Below are positions 37,410-46,782 of a stretch of DNA of 64,000 nucleotides, in pieces. Positions within the stretch are counted from its first letter, which is position 1, and each line of letters begins with the position of its first letter. This DNA comes from an uncultured Gammaproteobacteria bacterium. GTDB taxonomy: Bacteria > Patescibacteriota > Microgenomatia > Levybacterales > UBA12049. The notes under the pieces were generated by a model. It searched no databases and was not told the DNA's origin. It saw only the letters and a list, made by a program, of their open reading frames with translations. The translations under genes and the position numbers were made by a program. The stretch is from the NCBI GenBank assembly GCA_964490105.1, contig CAZAZU010000001.1, forward strand, positions 646,245 to 710,244, in the 5' to 3' direction.

Positions 37410-39875
37410 TTAATAGTGGGTTTTTTTGTAAGGTCTTCTTGCTCCGCCAGTTCTTGGATTATTTTTTCTAAAATTCTCTTCTCTTTCGCGTCGGAACTGC
37501 ATTGCTAATGGATGAGCTGCTGGTCCTGCGTTTGGATCATCATGACGTGGTCCTTTTAAAGGTGCTGCTGGTTCAAAATTTGTTGGTCTATCATTTCTTG
37601 GTGCGAAATCATTTCTAGGTGCAAAATCACTACGCGGTGAAAAATCTCTCCTTGGTCCTCGGTCATTTCTAGGCCCACCCCTAAATCCACCGCCATCTCT
37701 TCTTGGTCCTCGGTCTTCAAATCCGTCGCGTCCGCCTCTATCTCCTCCGCCGCTTGATGGTTTATCAGCATCTGCTCCGAATTTCATAGAAAGATTAATT
37801 CTTCCTTGTTCATCGATTTCCATTACTCTAACTTTTACTTTGTCTCCGATATTTACGACATCAGATGGATTCTTAACATATTCTGCTGCCATCTGACTAA
37901 CGTGAACCATTCCTTCTTTTCCTGGTAAGAATTCTACAAAAGCTCCAAATGGAAGCATTCTCTTAACTTCAGAATTTTCGAAAACTTCACCAACCGTAAC
38001 TTCTCTCATCATGTTTTTTATCCAATCAGTTCCAGCTTTAACAGCATCCGCGTCAACACCTGAAATCGTTACTGTTCCATCATCTTCTACGTCCACTTGT
38101 GCGCCAGTTGTAGCAATTATGTGTTTTATATTCTTTCCACCAGGACCAATTAATTCACCGATCTTATCAACTGGAATCTTAACTGTTTCAATTTTTGGAG
38201 CGAATTCTGAAAGATTCTTTCTAGGTTCTGGAAGAACAGACTCGATAACTTTAAGTATTTCAAGTCTTGCAGTCTTTGCTCTATCTAAGATAGATTTAAT
38301 TTGTTCATCAGTTAATCCCGGGATTTTAACATCAAGCTGAATTGCTGTAACCCCAGAGTCAGTTCCTGCTACTTTAAAATCCATATCTCCGGAAAAATCT
38401 TCAAGACCAATGATATCTGTAAGTAGTTCATACTTGTCTCCATCTGACATCATTCCGATTGAAATTCCAGCAACTGGTTTTTTAATTGGGACTCCTGCAT
38501 CCATAAGAGCTAGAGTTGATCCGCAAGTTGAGGCCATTGAACTTGATCCATTTTGCGATAGAACTTCAGACACTACTTGAATTGTGTATGGAAATTCTGC
38601 CTGAGATGGAATAACAGCTTCAAGTGCTCTTTCAGCGAGTGCTCCATGACCAATTTCACGTCTACTTGGTGTCCCAACGCGTCCTGTCTGACCAAATGAA
38701 TATGGAAGACCTGAATAATGATGAATGTATCTTTTTTCTTCTTCCCCTTCTGCTGATTCAATTAATTGACCCATTCTAGGAGAACCTAGCGTAGCGATTG
38801 AAAGGGCTTGAGTTATACCTCTTTGGAAAAGCGCTGATCCATGAGTTCTTGGGAGAAGTCCAACTTTTGCCTGAAGCTGTCTAATTTCATCCATTTTTCT
38901 TCCGTCTGCTCTTTTTCCTTTAGTTAATACATTTGATCTTATTAACTTAAACATTACTTTTTCTACGGCTGCGGCTATAGTTTTCTTGTCAATTTCAGAT
39001 GCGCTGTCTTTGACCTTCATATCTTCAAAAATCTTATCTATTAACGCTCCTGTTTCATTTCCTCCGCCTTCTTTATTTACTCTTGTATCAATAAGCGCTT
39101 GAACATCTTCTTTGTAAGATTTATCAATTAGAGCAACTACATCATTAAGATCTCCTTCAGATGGGGTTTCCAGTTTATCTTGTCCGGCCTTCTTAACTAA
39201 CTCCTCTATTCCTTTAATAACAGCTTGTGTTTCTGCATGCGCTTTTTCAATTGCCTCAAAAAGTGTATCTTCTGGAATCTGATTAGCTCCAGCCTCAATC
39301 ATTACAGTCTTATCTTTTGATTGGGAGACTACCAAGTCTAAATCTGAGAATTGCTGCTCAGCACCTGGATTAATAATGCATGCAGAGGATCCACCCTCTA
39401 TGTTTTCCTTAACGCATCCTATCCTTACGGCTCCGATAGGTCCATTCCATGGAATTCTAGAAATTGCTAATGCAGCTGATACTGCATTTAAAGCTACTAT
39501 ATCAGCATCATTTTCTCCATCTACTGAGAGCACGGTTACGATTACTTGAACTTCATTCTTAAATGCTTTTGGGAAAAGAGGTCTAACTGATCGATCAATA
39601 AGACGTCCTGCGAGAATTGATTCGTCGCTTGGTCTTCCTCCTCTTTTTACCCAACGTGATCCTTTAATTTTTCCTCCGGCGTAAAGACGCTCTTGGTATT
39701 CAATTGAAAGTGGGAAATAATCTAAATCAGTTTTTCCGCCTTCAACAACTGTTACTAAAACAACTGTATCTCCAAGGCGGGCTAAGATTGATGATGTTGA
39801 TTGTACAGCAAGTTCACCTGTTTCAAAGGTTAGCTTTTTTCCTGCTAGTTCTATCTCTACTGAGGCGTTTTTCAT
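37410..39875 (-). CDS. pnp: Polyribonucleotide nucleotidyltransferase with long disordered C-tail
   Basis: YFPLSIEYQE, RREIGHG, SQNGSSSMAS, GDMDFKVAGT, KH and S1 domains. Confidence 0.97.
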   Translation of the reverse strand: MKNASVEIELAGKKLTFETGELAVQSTSSILARLGDTVVLVTVVEGGKTDLDYFPLSIEYQERLYAGGKIKGSRWVKRGGRPSDESILAGRLIDRSVRPLFPKAFKNEVQVIVTVLSVDGENDADIVALNAVSAALAISRIPWNGPIGAVRIGCVKENIEGGSSACIINPGAEQQFSDLDLVVSQSKDKTVMIEAGANQIPEDTLFEAIEKAHAETQAVIKGIEELVKKAGQDKLETPSEGDLNDVVALIDKSYKEDVQALIDTRVNKEGGGNETGALIDKIFEDMKVKDSASEIDKKTIAAAVEKVMFKLIRSNVLTKGKRADGRKMDEIRQLQAKVGLLPRTHGSALFQRGITQALSIATLGSPRMGQLIESAEGEEEKRYIHHYSGLPYSFGQTGRVGTPSRREIGHGALAERALEAVIPSQAEFPYTIQVVSEVLSQNGSSSMASTCGSTLALMDAGVPIKKPVAGISIGMMSDGDKYELLTDIIGLEDFSGDMDFKVAGTDSGVTAIQLDVKIPGLTDEQIKSILDRAKTARLEILKVIESVLPEPRKNLSEFAPKIETVKIPVDKIGELIGPGGKNIKHIIATTGAQVDVEDDGTVTISGVDADAVKAGTDWIKNMMREVTVGEVFENSEVKRMLPFGAFVEFLPGKEGMVHVSQMAAEYVKNPSDVVNIGDKVKVRVMEIDEQGRINLSMKFGADADKPSSGGGDRGGRDGFEDRGPRRDGGGFRGGPRNDRGPRRDFSPRSDFAPRNDFAPRNDRPTNFEPAAPLKGPRHDDPNAGPAAHPLAMQFRREREENFRKNNPRTGGARRPYKKTHY

Positions 39876-39944
39876 TTATTTTTTATTTCTTTCTCCCACA
39901 CACTACTAAATCGAGGAATATGAATGTATTCTATATGTTTCTAC

Positions 39945-40214
39945 TTAATCTTTCAATCCTACTTTTTTAGCGATGTCTGCTGACCTAACTTTATCAACTT
40001 TTGTTAAGAAATTAATAAGTCTTCTTCTCTTTGCGATCATTGATAAAAGTCCACGTCTTGAATGTACATCATGATTATGAGCTTTTAAATGTTCTGTTAA
40101 TTTTTCAATTCTAGTCGTAAGAAGTGCAATTTGAACTTCAGGACTTCCTGTGTCACCTTTTACTGTTGCGAATTTATTTATAATTTCTTGTTTCTGTGTT
40201 GTACTTAGCGGCAT
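39945..40214 (-). CDS. rpsO: 30S ribosomal protein S15
   Basis: DTGSPEVQIALLT, HSRRGLL. Confidence 0.97.
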   Translation of the reverse strand: MPLSTTQKQEIINKFATVKGDTGSPEVQIALLTTRIEKLTEHLKAHNHDVHSRRGLLSMIAKRRRLINFLTKVDKVRSADIAKKVGLKD

Positions 40215-40245
40215 ATAGAGAGGTATTATATCAAAGATTAACTAT

Positions 40246-41262
40246 TTACTCAACATTAGTAGAGCCTTTGTAAATTTTAGGGGCTAACCAATCAGGCGGT
40301 GCATCATCTTTTTTCTGTTCATTTGGAAATTCATTTTGTGAAGAAGTGTTATCAAATTGTGTTTGAACCGTTCTTGCAGCATTAGATCTACTCTGTCTTT
40401 GTGAAACAACACTTTGAAGAGATGGATTCGGCATCACATCTTCTACAAAATTATTTGCTTGCTGTGCTGGCGCAGATTGTACAGGAGGGATTGATGGCAT
40501 AGGTGCTACTGGTCTTCTGATTTGTCTTGGCAAAGGATTTACTCCTTCTCTGACTGCTCCGCTTCTAAGAAGTATTCCAGCCATTTCAAATGCTAGAGAA
40601 CTTGTCATTGAACTTTGGAAATCCGAAGTTGCATATACAATTCCGCTAAGTAAGTTTTGTGCAACATCAGGATCAATTGGGTATGCGAGAGAAAGCATTA
40701 CATTTGCAACTTGCTCAGAAACACTTGATGCAGATTGACCAATCATAACTATGTCTCCAAAACCTTCATTTGCCCCAGCTTTATCAATATTAATAATTGT
40801 TGTATCTTTAAGAGCCTCTATGTTAAAAATAGAAGATAATTCTGAAAGTCTTTTAACTCCAACTGCGATAAGTACTCGTGGTGCTTCTCCGCTTCTTCTA
40901 AATAGAACGTCTTTTTCACCAAATGAAAGTGCATTTTCTTTAGGTTTTACGATAATATTTAAAAATCCAGCTTCAAGAGTATAAGAAACTTTTCCAATTT
41001 CATCTCCCTGATATGGGAAAGAAACGACTAAGTCTCCATTTTTTGATTCATATCCGGATTTGACTCTATCTATTCCTACGAGGCTAGAAACCTCAACAAG
41101 CGGCTGTTTTGACGAAATAACTGAAGCGTCTTTTCCAAGCGAAGAAAGAGTTAGGTAAAGCGCAAGAGAAGCTCCCATTTCATCAATTGTGTAGTCTTGA
41201 CCAACAACAATCGCAAAACTGCTTTCTCTGTCAAAAATTTCTCTTAGTCTTTGAATATCCAT
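40246..41262 (-). CDS. Degenerate DHH/NrnA-like phosphoesterase
   Basis: Overall DHH layout (D..GASLAL, INID, SSVSE, A..LLSGI...T..F) but HH absent. Confidence 0.6.
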   Translation of the reverse strand: MDIQRLREIFDRESSFAIVVGQDYTIDEMGASLALYLTLSSLGKDASVISSKQPLVEVSSLVGIDRVKSGYESKNGDLVVSFPYQGDEIGKVSYTLEAGFLNIIVKPKENALSFGEKDVLFRRSGEAPRVLIAVGVKRLSELSSIFNIEALKDTTIINIDKAGANEGFGDIVMIGQSASSVSEQVANVMLSLAYPIDPDVAQNLLSGIVYATSDFQSSMTSSLAFEMAGILLRSGAVREGVNPLPRQIRRPVAPMPSIPPVQSAPAQQANNFVEDVMPNPSLQSVVSQRQSRSNAARTVQTQFDNTSSQNEFPNEQKKDDAPPDWLAPKIYKGSTNVE

Positions 41263-41301
41263 GTTTATAAAAATAAGCCAAATAGAGTGCTATAGGCTTA
41301 A

Positions 41302-42732
41302 TTAGCTATGGCATATTACCATATCGCCTATAGTAAAGTCAAGAGCAGGGCCAACGATTATACCTGCTTCCAGGCCTGCTTCGACTTTGGAGGTTTGTTC
41401 TTTGCCTTGTCTTACCGAATTGATATATCCCTCTCCAATTACCTCGTCTCCTCGTTCAATTCTGACCTTATCTCCCTTAGCCACACGCCCTTCCAGAACC
41501 TTAATACCCATAACAATCTGCTTCTCGAATGGGAAACTCGCTAAAATCTTTGCGGTCCCATAAACTTCTTCAAGTAGAGAAAGTGCTTTCCCCTCAACTA
41601 CGTCATTAATCTCATCGAGCATTTCATAAATAATGCCGTAACTCTTTACCAAAACCTTTTCAGTTGAGGCTAAACGTGCCACATCAGGTTTAATTTTTAT
41701 GTTAAAACCAAGCACTAATGCTCCAATTGATTTTGCCAGCAACACGTCAGCTGTAGTTATATCTCCGGTTTTTTTAGAAATAATATTCATCTTCTCAGGA
41801 AGCGAGGCTACAATTGCCTCAAGAGAACCCAATGTATCAGCGACTAAAATTAACGAAATATAATCATCATTATTCTTTTTTCTTATTTCCTTTTCTGATT
41901 CTTCAAGTTGTTTTATCTCTGAACCTTTATAGATAACATTTCCTACACTAGGAGCTTTTTCAAAACCTAAAATCTCAACGGCGTCTCCAACTTTTGCAGA
42001 CCCAACAGTCTTTCCAGAGTCCAAAATCAAACTCCTTACTCTTCCGCTCACTTCACCGGTTGTAATATCGTCTCTGACAGAAATAGTGCCATTTTTAATT
42101 ACCACTGTCGCCTTTGGCCCAGCCTTAGGATCTTGCTTGGACTCAATAACGATTGCCTTTAGGGGTCCTGTTTCAGAAATTTCTGCGGGTTTTGGATGCA
42201 AATCATTAACTAATAAAATTAAATCTAATAACTCTTTAATATTAGCACCAGTTTTTGAGGATACCTCAATAATAGGCACGTCTCCGCCTAGTCCTTCGAA
42301 AAGAATCTCCTCATTCATAAGATCTCTTTTTGCCTTTTCCGGATTTTTCTGAGGATCGTCAGACTTAGTAAGTACTACTATATATGGGACTCCTGAAGCT
42401 TTTAGAAGACCAATACTCTCCTTAGTCTGCGGCATAACTCCATCAACTGAAGAAACTATTAATAAACCGATGTCAGCAGCCTGAGCCCCACGACCTCGCA
42501 TTTTCGCAAATGCTTCATGCCCTGGTGTGTCTATAAAGGTAATCCATCTTTTTTTACCTTCGTGCTCAATTTCTACGCTTGAAGCTCCAATTTTTTGAGT
42601 GATTCCGCCGTGTTCACGAGCGGCAATAGAAGTTTTCCTGATTGTATCTAGAAGTGTGGTTTTACCATGATCAACATGACCTAAAACAGCTACGACTGGA
42701 GGATATTCTTGATTAGTTTTCTTAGTGTCCAT
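41302..42732 (-). CDS. infB: Translation initiation factor IF-2 (short form)
   Basis: GHVDHGKTTLLD, GGITQ, DTPGHEAF. Confidence 0.95.
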   Translation of the reverse strand: MDTKKTNQEYPPVVAVLGHVDHGKTTLLDTIRKTSIAAREHGGITQKIGASSVEIEHEGKKRWITFIDTPGHEAFAKMRGRGAQAADIGLLIVSSVDGVMPQTKESIGLLKASGVPYIVVLTKSDDPQKNPEKAKRDLMNEEILFEGLGGDVPIIEVSSKTGANIKELLDLILLVNDLHPKPAEISETGPLKAIVIESKQDPKAGPKATVVIKNGTISVRDDITTGEVSGRVRSLILDSGKTVGSAKVGDAVEILGFEKAPSVGNVIYKGSEIKQLEESEKEIRKKNNDDYISLILVADTLGSLEAIVASLPEKMNIISKKTGDITTADVLLAKSIGALVLGFNIKIKPDVARLASTEKVLVKSYGIIYEMLDEINDVVEGKALSLLEEVYGTAKILASFPFEKQIVMGIKVLEGRVAKGDKVRIERGDEVIGEGYINSVRQGKEQTSKVEAGLEAGIIVGPALDFTIGDMVICHS

Positions 42733-42765
42733 ATTTTTTTCTGAAGAAAATTAAAGCTTCCCATA

Positions 42766-44022
42766 TTAAGAACTTTTTGTTGAATTTTCTTCTTTAGCGT
42801 CCGTTGCTGGATTTTCTGGTGATAAAGGTTCAACTTGCGATTCTTCTTCTTTCAATTCAACTGGAGCTTGGGAATCTGTTTTTGCTTCTTCCAGATCATT
42901 TGTTACTTCTGCTACTGCTTCCTCAGCCTCTTCTTTTGCTTCAACTTCAACTTTTTCTTCAGATTTAGCCTCAGCCTCTTCAACAACAGCCTCTTTTTTT
43001 GATACCTCTTCAATCTTTTCCTCAACTGGTGCTTCTGCTTTTTCCTCGACTTCTTTTTCTTCAGTTATCAGCGACTCTTCTCCTTCAATTTCGATTCTAT
43101 ATCCTGTTAATTTTGAAGCTAATCTTACATTTTGGCCATCTTTTCCAATCGCTAATGAAAGCTCATCCTGCGGAACCTTTACCTTTGCTGTTTTTTCTTT
43201 TTCATCAATCTCAACTGTAATATTTTTTGCTGGACTAAGAGCCTGAACCACATAATCACGTGCGTTTTCTTGCCACTGTATAATATCGATTTTCTCTAAG
43301 CCATTAAACTCTGCGATTATAGCCTGAACCCTAACCCCTTTTTGACCCACACAGCTTCCAACTGGATCAATTCCAGCTTGAGATGAATAAACCGCAATTT
43401 TTGCTCTATTTCCAGGCTCTCTTTCAATAGCTTTAATCTCAACAGCACCTTGCGCTACTTCTGGAACTTCGCGCTTAAGAAGTCCCTCAAGTAAACCATT
43501 ATCTGCGCGAGAAACTACCACTTCTTCACCTTTTGGTCCTTCATGGATTTCTTTTAAGAAAACCGCCATTCTCTGGTTTAAGTGGTATTTTTCGTTGGCT
43601 ATTTGCTCCTGCGGAGGCATAACTCCTTCAGCTTTTCCTACATCGATTATGATATTTGGACCTGCAAATCTAAGGACCATACCATTAACTATGGTTCCAA
43701 TTCTGACTTTATAATCAGTAATTATTGCTTCTTTTTCTTTTTCTCTGATCTTTTGTAAGATTACTTGCTTAGCGGTCTGAGCTGCAATTCTTCCAAACCC
43801 AGGAGGAGTTACATCTAATTTCTCGTGGAAAATCTTAGCTTCTCCGGAATTTGGGTCAAGTGTCGCTGAATATTCCTCAACGACAATATCAGGATGATCT
43901 TTTCTGTAAGCCGCGAGAATAGCGTTTTGGACTGTATCCAAAACAATTTCGGGGTCAATTCCCCTTTCATTTGCTACCTGATTTAGCGCTAATGCAAATT
44001 CGCTTCTTTGTACTGCTGGCAT
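42766..44022 (-). CDS. nusA: Transcription factor NusA with acidic tail
   Basis: FGRIAAQTAKQV, DPVGSCVG, LAIGKDGQNVRLA. Confidence 0.96.
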   Translation of the reverse strand: MPAVQRSEFALALNQVANERGIDPEIVLDTVQNAILAAYRKDHPDIVVEEYSATLDPNSGEAKIFHEKLDVTPPGFGRIAAQTAKQVILQKIREKEKEAIITDYKVRIGTIVNGMVLRFAGPNIIIDVGKAEGVMPPQEQIANEKYHLNQRMAVFLKEIHEGPKGEEVVVSRADNGLLEGLLKREVPEVAQGAVEIKAIEREPGNRAKIAVYSSQAGIDPVGSCVGQKGVRVQAIIAEFNGLEKIDIIQWQENARDYVVQALSPAKNITVEIDEKEKTAKVKVPQDELSLAIGKDGQNVRLASKLTGYRIEIEGEESLITEEKEVEEKAEAPVEEKIEEVSKKEAVVEEAEAKSEEKVEVEAKEEAEEAVAEVTNDLEEAKTDSQAPVELKEEESQVEPLSPENPATDAKEENSTKSS

Positions 44023-44062
44023 AGTGTGACAAGTATAGCAGATCTCGAGGCTAGCTTCAAGG

Positions 44063-46417
44063 CTAAGTTGCTTTAGTAAATGCGAGATTTGAACTCTGAT
44101 CTAGCGTAACGCTGATCCTATCTCCTCTTACAATTTCTCCGGAAAGCATCTTTTTAGCCATAACATCTTCTACTTTATCCTGAATAAAGCGCCTAAGAGG
44201 TCTAGCTCCAAACTCCTCATTAAATCCGCCGCGTGCAATAAATTCGATTGCTTGAGGATCAAAATTTAAGGTTATATCTTGCTGAGCAAGCCTTCCTGAT
44301 AGCTCAGTTAAAAGTAATTTTGCAATTTGTGAAACCTGAGACTGATTAAGAGGGTTAAAGACTACAATATCGTCGAACCTATTTAATAATTCAGGAGTAA
44401 AAATTCCGCCTCTTTGCAAAAAGTCTAAGAGATTATTATTAGAAATATCTCTATTATTAGCCAAACTTTCGCGAATAAACTCAGAACCTGCATTACTTGT
44501 TGAGATAATAATAGTATTCGTGAATGAGATGGTCTTTCCAGAATTATCAGTAAGTCGTCCATCCTCAAAAACCTGAAGAAATAAATTTAGAATTTTCTCA
44601 TTAGCTTTTTCAAACTCATCAAGTAAAACTAATGAGAATGGATGAGTTTCTATTTGATTTAAGAAGCTTCCTGTTCCTCTCTCAAGCATTTTATTAATTG
44701 AATCAGGATTTCCATATTCACTCATATCAACTCTTACTATGTTCGCTTCTCCGCCGAAATAGATTCTCGCAAGTGTTCTCGCAGCTTCTGTTTTTCCGAC
44801 TCCGGTAGGACCGAGGAATAAGAATGAAATAGGTTTTTCTCGAGACAACCCTGACCTGATTCTCCTTATTGCTTCAGAAATTGATCGAATCGCCTCATCT
44901 TGACCTATCACGAATTTATGCATTTCATTTTCTAAATTTAAAAGAAGCATCTTTTCATCAAATTTTGGCTGCCCAACCGGAATATGACTTTTGGTTTCTA
45001 CTTTAGATAAAATATCTTCTTCAAGAACTAATTTCTCTTTTCTTTTATCTAACACCACAGAATTTGCTGTTTCTATTAGAAGTTCAACTGCTGTACCAGG
45101 GAGAACTGCATTTACATCAAATTTATCTGCATACTTAACTGCTGCAAGAATCGCTCTATAGCTAAGACGAGCTTTAGTATCATTTTCAATTTCTTCTGCT
45201 TTTTGAAATAGCATTTTTAAAGCTTCTTCTTCATTTGGTTCATCAAGTTTTATAATTTCAAAAACTTCACGAATTGCATTATTTTCAAAATATTTTTTAT
45301 ATTCGGGCTCTGTCATAGTCGCTATAATTGGCATTTTTCCGTCTCTAAGATATGGAAGTATTGCTCCTGAAAGATCAATCCCATAAGACGATGAGCCTAT
45401 TAAATTCTGAAACTCTGGCACATATAAAATTATATTTCCGGAATGCTTCACTTCTTCAATTATTGCCTGAAGCCTAGTTTCCAATTCTTCTCTATTGGCT
45501 GCTCCGGCAACAAGCGGTCCGATTGCTACTTCAAGAAACCTCCTGTGGTTTAATTTTTTGGGTAAATTAGCTTCATAACTGTCAAAAATAAAATTATCAA
45601 CTAGATTGCTTTTTCCTGTTCCAATATCTCCCACCAAAAGCACATTATTATTTTCTTTTCTTTGCATGGCCTCAAGCATTTCTTCATATTCTTTTTCCCG
45701 TCCCTCTATAAATCCTTTTTTTCTTATGCTTGAGAAAGTTAAATCCTTTGTATAATTTCTGGTTTCAGGGGTCCATCCCCAAACTAAAGTTTCGCCAATA
45801 CCAATTCCTACAAATCTTGCTTTTTTTGGTTTTAAATTTTCCTCATCAAATGTAACTTTAGTCCAGTGATTTATATTTAAAATATCGACTTCTTTTAATT
45901 TATTTGAAAAAAGTAATTTTGTTTGGTCCTCTGTTAAAAGAAGATAAGCTGTAAAAATATCCACAGAAGTAACGTAGTTATTGTTTTGAGACTTTGCAAT
46001 TTCAAGTGCTTTTGCGTATAAATCATGTTTTGGAAAATCTACAACCTTTATATTCTTAGGATCAATCGCCGCTTTTTCTAAATAAAACTTGATCTGAAAC
46101 CGTTTTTTTAAAAAATTAATAATTGATTCTGAATTCTTTTTAAGAAGAACCGCCATAAGAGCTTCTTTCGTAAAACAATCAAGGATATCATTTAAATTTC
46201 CGCTGACTTTTTTCACTGGCAAAATATTTTCTATTTCAAATCTAATAAAGATATGGACGATCGTAATTATCGATAATAAAAACAGAGGAACTGCGGGAAA
46301 ATTTCCTGCAAGAATTTCATATGCAATTAATATTAGAAGTCCATTTATTGCAAAAAATCTGATTAAAACTGATCCAATTGAATCGTAAATTAAAGAAATA
46401 CTTATTCGTCCGATCAT
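44063..46417 (-). CDS. ClpA/ClpB-like double AAA+ ATPase with N-terminal TM segments
   Basis: GDIGTGKS; GPTGVGKT, DEFEKA, PELLNRFD, FGARPLRR; hydrophobic N-terminus. Confidence 0.85.
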   Translation of the reverse strand: MIGRISISLIYDSIGSVLIRFFAINGLLILIAYEILAGNFPAVPLFLLSIITIVHIFIRFEIENILPVKKVSGNLNDILDCFTKEALMAVLLKKNSESIINFLKKRFQIKFYLEKAAIDPKNIKVVDFPKHDLYAKALEIAKSQNNNYVTSVDIFTAYLLLTEDQTKLLFSNKLKEVDILNINHWTKVTFDEENLKPKKARFVGIGIGETLVWGWTPETRNYTKDLTFSSIRKKGFIEGREKEYEEMLEAMQRKENNNVLLVGDIGTGKSNLVDNFIFDSYEANLPKKLNHRRFLEVAIGPLVAGAANREELETRLQAIIEEVKHSGNIILYVPEFQNLIGSSSYGIDLSGAILPYLRDGKMPIIATMTEPEYKKYFENNAIREVFEIIKLDEPNEEEALKMLFQKAEEIENDTKARLSYRAILAAVKYADKFDVNAVLPGTAVELLIETANSVVLDKRKEKLVLEEDILSKVETKSHIPVGQPKFDEKMLLLNLENEMHKFVIGQDEAIRSISEAIRRIRSGLSREKPISFLFLGPTGVGKTEAARTLARIYFGGEANIVRVDMSEYGNPDSINKMLERGTGSFLNQIETHPFSLVLLDEFEKANEKILNLFLQVFEDGRLTDNSGKTISFTNTIIISTSNAGSEFIRESLANNRDISNNNLLDFLQRGGIFTPELLNRFDDIVVFNPLNQSQVSQIAKLLLTELSGRLAQQDITLNFDPQAIEFIARGGFNEEFGARPLRRFIQDKVEDVMAKKMLSGEIVRGDRISVTLDQSSNLAFTKAT

Positions 46418-46752
46418 AATTTAATAAATAAAATTAAAAATGTTAATAAAGGCCACCAGATAAAGAAAGCAAGAAACGTAATTTCAAAAAAAATTATGGC
46501 TAAGAAAAGTAAAGTGTCCATAAAGATAAATACTGATTTAATAAAAATTCCCATTCCTATTGAAAATACTACTAATCCTTTTCTGTATTCATTCTTTAGA
46601 GGTTTGAAAAAAGTTCTGATCATTAGAGGAAGAGAGAGAATTTGAAGAACGGCATGGTTCACAGACATAAAGTATTTGATTAGCCTAATAGGCGCCTCAA
46701 GATACCAAAATTTGAGAAACAGAAAAGGAATGGATAAATAAAATCCGGGCAT
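46414..46752 (-). CDS. Membrane protein coupled to the Clp ATPase
   Basis: ATGA overlap with Clp gene; W....P, TFF.P motifs, two TMs. Confidence 0.7.
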   Translation of the reverse strand: MPGFYLSIPFLFLKFWYLEAPIRLIKYFMSVNHAVLQILSLPLMIRTFFKPLKNEYRKGLVVFSIGMGIFIKSVFIFMDTLLFLAIIFFEITFLAFFIWWPLLTFLILFIKL

Positions 46753-46782
46753 TAGCTTAAGTATAGGAACTTGAGGCCAAAA

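Noticed and set aside
37580-37740. Periodic repeats as possible CRISPR or minisatellite element
   Set aside because: In-frame 18-bp coding repeats in the PNPase tail; no spacers or cas genes
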